NCBI GenBank assembly: GCA_964236955.1 | Contig: CAXSGP010000042.1 | Coordinates: 1-37,682, forward strand | Direction of reading: 5' to 3' | DNA from: an uncultured Oligoflexus sp. | GTDB lineage: Bacteria > Bdellovibrionota_B > Oligoflexia > Oligoflexales > Oligoflexaceae | Length of the DNA: 37,682 nt | Part shown: piece by piece, positions 30,190-37,682 of the stretch | Position numbering within the stretch: position 1 is the first letter of the stretch | Layout of the letters: each line of letters starts with the position of its first letter | Program-made: the position numbers and the translations under genes | The notes under the pieces: model-generated | What the model saw: the letters and a program-made list of their open reading frames with translations, nothing else | Database searches by the model: none | What the model was told of the DNA's origin: nothing

Positions 30190-31775
30190 ATCCGAGACTT
30201 TTGATCTACAGGCGTGTGACATGGCTTGACCTAGCCTTGTGCAGTCTCCTGTGGCTGCCGGGCACTCTCCTGTTGGGCGATGCGGAAAAAATCTGTCGAT
30301 TACCAATAATCAAAAAGCATTCCATTAATGAGACATCCGTGTATCAGGGGGATCGCCTGCTGCTACGGGTAAAAGCTTGCGGTGTGGGCCGAAAGTATGA
30401 ATGGGCTCTGTTTGAGCCCGATGATGAAAAATCAGCTTACTTACCGCTATTCTGCTTTGGTCCTACCTGTGCAATCGAAACCGCTGATTTCCCTGAGGGA
30501 GACTATTACGTTCATGTGGCCGTGACCAACGAAGAGGGTGCAGCTTTTACAGTCCTTTCGTTTCACGTCATGCCCCGTCCGGAAAAATCCGTAGAAGCTG
30601 CCTCAGTTAGACCGGCATTAGTTTATGCCTACCAACCGGCGCCAATGAATCTGCGCGGCTTAAAGGGTATCCTGACTAACGATAGTGATTATGGTGCCGG
30701 TGTTCGGCAGCTCGCCCTTGGCCAAACGGCGACGGCAAGGATCCTGCTCAATTATTCCCTATGGACGGAACCGCAGCACCGCGATCAGGCCAAGGCTGCA
30801 TTGAATGAGATCATAAGGCAGGAAAGGTGGAAGATTACCCTTCACCTGGGGCTGTTCGCCGATTCAAACTTTCTCCGTCAGGGCGCTACCCCTACGACAA
30901 CAGAAGTTTCAAATACGCCTGCGACTCCCCCTCCACGTTCCCGGATCGCCTATCAACTGGTCCCGGCTCTATCAGCTCATGTCTTTCGCAGCGAACAGTA
31001 CGACACCAGCTTTCAAATCGCTCTGGACCGAAAAACCAATTTTAAATTACTCCTACCCTATGGCATGGAAATAGGAGACAAGACCTTGGCTGAATATGAT
31101 CAGTCCCGTTTTGATGTGAGCGTTCGTCAATCTTTTTTTAATAGCGATAATTGGGATCGAGCATCGTTACGACTTGCCATTGAACCTTTTGGCTCAAAGC
31201 AGCAAACGGGCACGAGCACGGTCGATTCCGGCCGTGGCTTGAAGATTGAGATCGCCTCACCCATCCTGCAAGGATCGCCGGCCCTCTCTGTCGTAACGGA
31301 GCACCATCAGGACTCGGACTCTCAAAAGGCCACTCCCTTCGACCCGGTAACGGGCGAAATCCATCCGTGGACCAATCATAGTGGCCAATTGCGGCAAGTG
31401 GGCCTTGATTTAAACCTATGGCGACAAAATCTCTCGCAGATCGTGGGCACTTGGCAGCAGGAAACCTGGAAGCACGAGGCCAGCGACGCGAAAGTTGGCG
31501 ATTATAATGCCCTGCGCTTTATCATGGATGGACGCTTTCGGATCGGTCTTAAACAGTTGATCGCCGCTAAAGTCAGCCTTGAGGGCCGTTTGCACTCTGA
31601 ATCCATCGATGCTCGATTAGACAAGAAAACAAGTATAAGCGGGGCATGGATCTGGTATCCCTACCCCAATTTATCCCGTAGCTTCATAGTTAACAGTGAG
31701 AGCAATCAATCGAATCGGGTCAGTGCCCAGTATCAAAGGATTGTTGTCATGTTTCGCATTTCATTTGAGATCTGA
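30186..31775 (+). CDS. Putative outer-membrane protein with N-terminal Ig-like region and C-terminal beta-barrel
   Basis: 529-aa ORF coupled to the upstream stop (TTGA); barrel begins WKITLHLGLFADSN and ends MFRISFEI. Confidence 0.7.
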   Translation: MNPRLLIYRRVTWLDLALCSLLWLPGTLLLGDAEKICRLPIIKKHSINETSVYQGDRLLLRVKACGVGRKYEWALFEPDDEKSAYLPLFCFGPTCAIETADFPEGDYYVHVAVTNEEGAAFTVLSFHVMPRPEKSVEAASVRPALVYAYQPAPMNLRGLKGILTNDSDYGAGVRQLALGQTATARILLNYSLWTEPQHRDQAKAALNEIIRQERWKITLHLGLFADSNFLRQGATPTTTEVSNTPATPPPRSRIAYQLVPALSAHVFRSEQYDTSFQIALDRKTNFKLLLPYGMEIGDKTLAEYDQSRFDVSVRQSFFNSDNWDRASLRLAIEPFGSKQQTGTSTVDSGRGLKIEIASPILQGSPALSVVTEHHQDSDSQKATPFDPVTGEIHPWTNHSGQLRQVGLDLNLWRQNLSQIVGTWQQETWKHEASDAKVGDYNALRFIMDGRFRIGLKQLIAAKVSLEGRLHSESIDARLDKKTSISGAWIWYPYPNLSRSFIVNSESNQSNRVSAQYQRIVVMFRISFEI

Positions 31776-32271
31776 TTTTGAAGGAGACGTTAACTGCAAA
31801 GACTCAATCTTTCACAAAACGGATAGCTTTCGACTGTTCGCATCGTCAGTCAAGAGGCGACAGTAGAGATAGCAGGCATCGGCATCGTCCTTTACCTTCA
31901 TCTTTTTGCCCAGCAGATGAGCATTCATAAACTCACGGCGGTCTGAATCATCCAGGCTGAGGCAGACCCGTTCTATAACCGCCGACTAGCCACAATAGCT
32001 CGCGAATGTCCAAAAGCTCGGAAAAATCGATAGCAGTCTCCACCTGGCTCAAGCCCCCTCCCCGAGATGTCAAATCCAATGCTGTCACCCCTAGCAGAGG
32101 CGGCACTAGCGCCCAAACCTCTACTTCCCGACTCTATCGACCCCCTATTTGCTTTGCCCAACATGTTTAAGCAGAATTCACTTTAAATTTTTGGTTATCG
32201 CAGTTAATCACGTGTTGAGTCCCCAGGGGGGTTACGGATATTTTGTCGCTGTGCTATAAGGGATTTTTTTA

Positions 32272-32502
32272 ATGACAACATCAGTTGAACGAGACGCCAT
32301 AGTGAAACCAGCGATCTTTTGGCGCTTTGAGTTTAATACGACTTACACTCAAGTGCCGGTTGAAACGATAAGTTCTCACCGTAGCACCACCAAGGTTAGA
32401 TTACTGAAAGCTTCCCAGTCTCATAAAGAAGGCACAATTTTGTGCATCCCTACCGCGCAGATTGTTCAAGAAGCTGTCGATCCTGACAATTCCATGCAGT
32501 AA
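32272..32502 (+). CDS. Possible small hypothetical protein
   Basis: 76-aa ORF with AAGGGA SD-like and TGCTATAA extended -10-like sequence upstream; no recognised family. Confidence 0.35.
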   Translation: MTTSVERDAIVKPAIFWRFEFNTTYTQVPVETISSHRSTTKVRLLKASQSHKEGTILCIPTAQIVQEAVDPDNSMQ

Positions 32503-32805
32503 GGCAGCATCGGCAAGCGTCGCAATTGATTTTTGTGCTTTTGCCGAGAACGGAATTTTAATCGGGCCTTGCATGGTCCTGAGATAGATTTATACTTCGT
32601 TTTTCCGGATGCGTGGTGGGCCTTTCCGATCTTGATCGGATGGTCACCTAAAGTGGCTTGCCGATCGCCGCAAAGCATAAGCCGCGCAAGCAGCAAGCAA
32701 CCAAACTTAGGGACGCCGCCCCATTTATTGGGTGGAGTAAGTCACCTTAGACTTCTATCCTGCCGCACTCACTTTAATGCTGCCAATCCTTCCTAAGGGG
32801 CTCAT

Positions 32806-35175
32806 ATGAATAAGATAAATTCGAAGGAAGGCGGCTTTGTCTATGTCTTGATAAATCCGGCTTTTCCAGGCTCCTACCGAATCGACCACCCAAGCAATAT
32901 CGCTCCGCCCTCAAGCACTACGACTTCACCCTGGCCCTATGCGTGTGAGTACAAGGTCTTTGTTCCTGATTATATGACGCTTGTGAAAGCCATACATGAG
33001 CACCTTGATCGCTACCGGCTCAATCAATCGAAAGAATATTTTCAATGCGATTTTGGGCATATAATCAATGTCATTAAAGTCGCGTACTATGAAGTCTTTG
33101 GCAAAACCTATAGTGAAAATGAGGAGAGGAATTTGCCTGCAGAGCCTGAGCGGCTTTTAAACCCGTCTGGTGAATTGGATTCCGTTTCTGAAAGTGTAGC
33201 CCGTCTCCCTTTCGCGGCTGAGGCTAAGGCCCATGGCAAGCCTCTCACGCTTGCACCTATTGACGAGATATTGAAAACGTATTTTGGCTTTTCAGACTTT
33301 CGTCCCGGCCAACGAAAAGTCGTGGAACAAATCTTAGCCCAAAAATCCTCGGCGGCAGTTTTTCCAACGGGAGCGGGAAAGTCACTTTGTTATCAGCTTC
33401 CAGCGCTGCTTATGCCTGGCCTGACCCTGGTGATTTCGCCGCTTATAGCGCTTATGAAAGATCAGATCGATGCTCTTTTAAGCAAAGATATCCATGCCGC
33501 CCGGCTTGATTCCACACTGAGCAACAATGAATATCAGGACGTCATGCGTCGGGTTCGTGGGGGGACCATTAAAATCCTTTATGTAGCTCCAGAAAGGTTT
33601 ATGAACGAACGCTTTCGTGCGGCAATGAAGGGCATCCCCATCTCTCTGTTCGCCGTAGATGAAAGCCACTGTATTTCCGAGTGGGGTCACAACTTCAGGC
33701 CCGACTATCTTAAACTTCCCCTATTCGCTGAGGCCTTCAAAGCGGATTGTATTCTAGCGCTTACGGCAACGGCAACGCCAGAAGTCCTGAAAGATATATG
33801 TAAATCCTTTCATATTGAGCCGGCCCATGCTCAATGCACGGGCTTCTATCGCTCTAACCTCACCCTTCTCACCTGTCCGGTCGAGGCAAGCAAACGCGAC
33901 GACCACCTCCTGAGTGAGCTGGGCAAAAGACCGCAGGGACCGACGATTATCTATGTCACTCAACAAAAAACTGCCGAAAAAGTGTCCAGGATGCTTGTGG
34001 AGAATGGACTTCAGTCAAGGTTCTATCACGCAGGAATGGTCATCGATGATCGCACAGCGATACAAGACTGGTTTATAAGCTGCGAGTCTGGAATCGTGGT
34101 CGCCACAATAGCCTTTGGTATGGGAATTGACAAATCCAATATTCGTTATGTCTTTCATTACAACCTACCCAAAAGCATGGAAAACTACTCGCAGGAAATC
34201 GGTCGCGCCGGCCGGGATGGACTCCCTGCAATCTGCAAGGTTTTCGCATGCCCCGATGATCTTAACACCCTTGAAAATTTCGTCTATGGCGACACACCTA
34301 CTCTCAGCGCTATCCAAGGCCTTATGGCCTTTATTTTTTCCCAAGAAAACTCCTTTCATCTAAGTCTTCTTGAAACGGCCACCACCTTTGACATTCGAAG
34401 CATCGTTTTGAGCACTCTGATGACCTATCTTGAACTCAAAGGACTGATCCAAGCGGATACCCCCTTCTACGCTGACTATCAATTTAAGAAAATCGTCTCC
34501 TGGATTGATATCCTGGAACCATTATCCGAAGATCGAAAGGACTTCCTCAATGGATTGCTTGCCTACACTAAAAACAATAGAGTTTGGTCCCACATTGATA
34601 TCGACGCTGCGGTCGGCGGACTCGCTACCAGTCGTGAGCGCATAGTGTCGGCTCTGAACTATCTCGCTGAGAAGCAATTCATTGAATTAAAAGTCGCGAG
34701 CCTCAGAACTCCCTACCGCATCATACAAAAGCCGGGAGATGTAGGAGCACTTGCACAAAATATTCACGAAACGATGATTATCCGAGAGAAAAAAGAGATC
34801 GATCGCCTCAACAATATGCTGGAATGGACAACTCTCAAGGAATGCCAGACACGTGCGCTTGGGCGGTATTTCGGTGAATGCAGCGATGTTCCCTGCGGGC
34901 ATTGCTCCGCCTGCCGGAATGAACAAAACGATCCCGTGCCTATGCGAAAGCAGACGCCGCCGGACATTCTTGATAAAGTCCTTCAACAAGCGAGAGGCCT
35001 GCAAGCTCTTCACGCTGACCTTAAGATCGATTCCATGACCATGACCAGGTTTCTGTGTGGCATTTCGTCGCCGAGGCTTGTCAGGACTAAACTTGCGAGC
35101 TCCCATCCCATGTTTGGGATATTGGCCGACACACCCTTTAGTCAGGTCCTCCTTAGGCTCAAAGAAATCCTCTAG
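32806..35175 (+). CDS. recQ: RecQ-family DNA helicase with degenerate N-terminal T5orf172/GIY-YIG domain; no HRDC
   Basis: FRPGQ, PTGAGKSLCYQLP, VDESHCISEWGHNFRPDY, LTATA, ATIAFGMGIDK, QEIGRAGRDG, Zn site C...CGHCSAC. Confidence 0.93.
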   Translation: MNKINSKEGGFVYVLINPAFPGSYRIDHPSNIAPPSSTTTSPWPYACEYKVFVPDYMTLVKAIHEHLDRYRLNQSKEYFQCDFGHIINVIKVAYYEVFGKTYSENEERNLPAEPERLLNPSGELDSVSESVARLPFAAEAKAHGKPLTLAPIDEILKTYFGFSDFRPGQRKVVEQILAQKSSAAVFPTGAGKSLCYQLPALLMPGLTLVISPLIALMKDQIDALLSKDIHAARLDSTLSNNEYQDVMRRVRGGTIKILYVAPERFMNERFRAAMKGIPISLFAVDESHCISEWGHNFRPDYLKLPLFAEAFKADCILALTATATPEVLKDICKSFHIEPAHAQCTGFYRSNLTLLTCPVEASKRDDHLLSELGKRPQGPTIIYVTQQKTAEKVSRMLVENGLQSRFYHAGMVIDDRTAIQDWFISCESGIVVATIAFGMGIDKSNIRYVFHYNLPKSMENYSQEIGRAGRDGLPAICKVFACPDDLNTLENFVYGDTPTLSAIQGLMAFIFSQENSFHLSLLETATTFDIRSIVLSTLMTYLELKGLIQADTPFYADYQFKKIVSWIDILEPLSEDRKDFLNGLLAYTKNNRVWSHIDIDAAVGGLATSRERIVSALNYLAEKQFIELKVASLRTPYRIIQKPGDVGALAQNIHETMIIREKKEIDRLNNMLEWTTLKECQTRALGRYFGECSDVPCGHCSACRNEQNDPVPMRKQTPPDILDKVLQQARGLQALHADLKIDSMTMTRFLCGISSPRLVRTKLASSHPMFGILADTPFSQVLLRLKEIL

Positions 35176-35292
35176 ATCATAGACTTAGCAGACATATTTT
35201 TAAGCCTGAGTCTAGTTGGTTTACAAATGATAATATGTAAGGTGATGCCATGACCAAAGAGAAGATATCAAAACCTAAAAGAGGCACGAACC

Positions 35293-36105
35293 GTGTTAAA
35301 CCGCCGGCTAAGTAATCGCAAAATTCTAAGCTACATCCAACTTACCTTAGGCATCTTCTTTGGAGTCGTAACTTTTATTATCCCTCTGATTTTCTCCAAT
35401 CCCCGATCGCAGGCAGTATTTGGAATTGTCGCGACAATCATTATTTTCTACCTAACTTTTAAAATCAACAATCTCATCCTGATGCCAATGAACAAAAGTG
35501 CATTCGCTAAGAAGATTTATAATTTCTATGCCAAGCATCCCAATGAGATGTCGCCCACCACCGTTCGATTCATTGAAGATCTGAACCATACGGAAAGCCA
35601 GATAATTGAAACCGGCCTAAGCTATATATTTCTGCGGACATCGCCCGAAGCCAGTTATGATTGCACCTGGAGTAGAAAGGTCGAGCAGTCCAAAGCCTTA
35701 TTACTTTTCATTCCCAATAACCAAGAGCCAATGGGGTCATGCCTTGACAATAATTATGAAGTAAAGAAATTGATGGACCTGGGTATATTGAACTATTCCC
35801 CCGTTCCGCTGCCGATACGGGAAGAATTTAACCCCCTTACGCCTTTACTCCTGTATAGGAATAAAAACTTAATTAAAATTACTCCCACTTCGGCACCCAT
35901 GCGTTTCGATTGCTATGAGGCCAGCTATAGGGCGATAGAAATATTATTAGCCCTGGACCATAATGCCTTTAATCAAAAAGCTTTAGTGACCCTTGCGGCA
36001 AAACTTAAAGGCTCTGCCTTTGTCGACCAATCGGTGCAGACATTGGAAAAAAATGATGGTGGATTCGGCAGTCCAGAACTTGCAGAATTTAAGCGGGTGG
36101 AATGA
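35293..36105 (+). CDS. Hypothetical membrane protein (two N-terminal TM segments)
   Basis: 270-aa ORF; two hydrophobic stretches; GAGG SD before GTG. Confidence 0.7.
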   Translation: MLNRRLSNRKILSYIQLTLGIFFGVVTFIIPLIFSNPRSQAVFGIVATIIIFYLTFKINNLILMPMNKSAFAKKIYNFYAKHPNEMSPTTVRFIEDLNHTESQIIETGLSYIFLRTSPEASYDCTWSRKVEQSKALLLFIPNNQEPMGSCLDNNYEVKKLMDLGILNYSPVPLPIREEFNPLTPLLLYRNKNLIKITPTSAPMRFDCYEASYRAIEILLALDHNAFNQKALVTLAAKLKGSAFVDQSVQTLEKNDGGFGSPELAEFKRVE

Positions 36106-36627
36106 TTTAGACCGGCAGGATTTGAGACCTTCGATGTTAAAGACTAGGTATCCGTACCTATAGGCTTGGCGGATAACGGTCCCGGCCCATGATAAATAGA
36201 CCCGGACGTCGCCACCTCCTTGGCGCTGACAAACTGCGGAGTCTACTGCAAATAATGGCAGGAAAAAAAGGCTTCCGTTGCAATCAAGATTTCCGAAAAT
36301 AGAAAGTGATAATAAAGCTTGAGATTCTGTTTCTCGCAGCATTTTTTTGGATCTGTTTTTTTCTTCATAGCTGGCATAGTAGCACTTCGGAGCCAATTTG
36401 CGGCTGTATATTGTCCATTTTCTTCAGATACACAAACTTCGGCGACTGTTTTATGCGCCGGTTTACAATTTCGTTAGGATCGCATTCTTGAAATACTTCG
36501 CATAGACAGGTCGTTTGCCCGCTTGATTCTTTTAGGTTGTCCGCTTCAAATAGAATCTTTAGTCAATCGACAGGATTTCTAAAATAGGTTGAAATAATGA
36601 ATAATCTTAAAATTTTCTAAAATTATT

Positions 36628-36654
36628 TAGAAATTTTCGCGGTTTTGCCGATAA
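36628..36654 (+). promoter_or_regulatory. Putative sigma28-type promoter
   Basis: TAGA-N15-GCCGATAA (perfect -10) upstream of the Cys-rich lipoprotein. Confidence 0.55.
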
Positions 36655-36853
36655 GCCTTCTAGCCGCAAACTATGTCATTTTTTAAAAAGCTTAGGAACC
36701 CGCGTTCTATAAAAATAATCCTGCAGGGGCTCTATCTCGAATAGAGCAAGTTTTTCACTTTTATGGGTCCCTTTTTACGTCCAAAAAGATTGTTTTATGA
36801 TCTCGAGGAACCAATGTCAAAAAGCGTACGATTTAACAGATTGGGTAAACTTT

Positions 36854-37321
36854 ATGGCATTTTCTTGTAGATATTTCTATCTGATTTTGTCGCTTTATTT
36901 TGCGATTTCAAGTATGTCCTGTAGTTTGAGTCCAGAGGGAGCTAGTGCCAAAGCTACGGTCACCAATCCTGCTCAAAATTCTACCATCGCCGATACTTCG
37001 CAATCAGATGTATCGAATAAAGAAAATTTAGAAGCTTTATGTTTGGCACGTGGAACTGAGGCTGAGAAAGTCCTTATCGGTATCGTCATCGAGAACCATA
37101 GGTGCACCAGGGATGAAGACTGCGTTAAAGTCTCGATGCATACAAGTTGCTATGCGGGATGTAGTGCTACTATAAATAAGTCTGGAGCTGAGATTTTCGA
37201 TCAAGCCCGAAATGAAATCAACACGCAGTGCAGTGACTACTCGGAACAGTGCGGGAACCTGATTATCCCGCCATGTGTTGCTCCACGACCTAACGCATGC
37301 ATTGACAGTATCTGCCAATAA
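36854..37321 (+). CDS. Cys-rich secreted protein or lipoprotein
   Basis: Hydrophobic N-terminus ending SMSC; Cys-rich C-terminal domain (CTRDEDC...CYAGC...C...C...C...C...C); longest ORF starts at 36797. Confidence 0.75.
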   Translation: MAFSCRYFYLILSLYFAISSMSCSLSPEGASAKATVTNPAQNSTIADTSQSDVSNKENLEALCLARGTEAEKVLIGIVIENHRCTRDEDCVKVSMHTSCYAGCSATINKSGAEIFDQARNEINTQCSDYSEQCGNLIIPPCVAPRPNACIDSICQ

Positions 37322-37338
37322 GGTATTGGACTTGGGAT

Positions 37339-37682
37339 CTAAGTCGTGTCCATATTTGCGATGTCGCGTGTTTTTGCGAAAATGATTCTGGCTGATGATT
37401 CAGCATCTTTTATGACGACTTTTTCGACGTCGACCGTGATCTTCGCAAGCGTGATGTTAAAGCCATAACGGAAGCGCTCTTCGTCCAAACGCGAGACGAT
37501 TTCCTTATCAACTAGGAGTTCTTGATCAACGTTGACGCTTACCCGTTCTTCATCAACTCTGATCAAACCACCTTGCATAAAAGCTTGTTTGGGAGTTTCA
37601 AACTTCTTTCGTATTCGGATGACGACCGTATCGTCGTTCCGTTCTGTTGTGCAGGGGGTGGCTTTGGAATTAGAATTGGAAT
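37339..37682 (-). CDS. Partial hypothetical protein (3' end; runs off the window)
   Basis: The frame of ORF 37339-37578 stays open to the window edge (SNSNSKATPCTTERNDDTVVIRIRKKFETPKQAF-MQGG...). Confidence 0.45.
   Translation of the reverse strand, partial: SNSNSKATPCTTERNDDTVVIRIRKKFETPKQAFMQGGLIRVDEERVSVNVDQELLVDKEIVSRLDEERFRYGFNITLAKITVDVEKVVIKDAESSARIIFAKTRDIANMDTT

Noticed and set aside
35250..35315. Short basic ORF MTKEKISKPKRGTNRVKPPAK
   Set aside because: 21 aa, overlaps the GTG start of the next gene in another frame, no supporting evidence.
36609..36637. AT-rich palindrome resembling a CodY box
   Set aside because: CodY is unlikely in this Gram-negative context; low complexity, and it overlaps the sigma28-like -35.
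1..37682. CRISPR array, tRNA/rRNA, IS or prophage
   Set aside because: No spaced direct repeats, cloverleafs, transposase, integrase or phage structural genes were found by inspection.

Overview
Bacterial chromosomal window; the abundant Cys-rich lipoproteins, trypsin-like lipoprotein and sigma28-type promoters suggest Bdellovibrionota/Oligoflexia, which is an inference. Left part: a nine-gene minus-strand branched-chain amino acid operon (ilvD-ilvC-ilvG-ilvM-leuA-ilvE-leuC-leuD-leuB). It is preceded by an Ile/Leu/Val leader-peptide attenuator absent from the ORF track, and leuB is frameshifted. Then come proBA, fxsA, a frameshifted XRE-cupin relic, a GNAT-nitrilase fusion and a stand-alone CYP102-like P450. 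Centre, and the most notable locus: a four-gene operon (20065-24935) encoding an OleA-type KAS-III, a catalytically dead KAS-III partner that keeps the trans-acting Glu, an OleC-type adenylating enzyme fused to a DUF1145-like membrane tail, and an OleD-type reductase, with no OleB. This is the architecture of lipstatin/nocardiolactone-type beta-lactone biosynthesis, not olefin synthesis. Right part: secreted and envelope proteins (serine protease, ricin-lectin lipoprotein, SGNH esterase, two outer-membrane proteins) and a RecQ helicase fused to a degenerate T5orf172/GIY-YIG domain. No rRNA, tRNA, CRISPR array or intact mobile element was seen.
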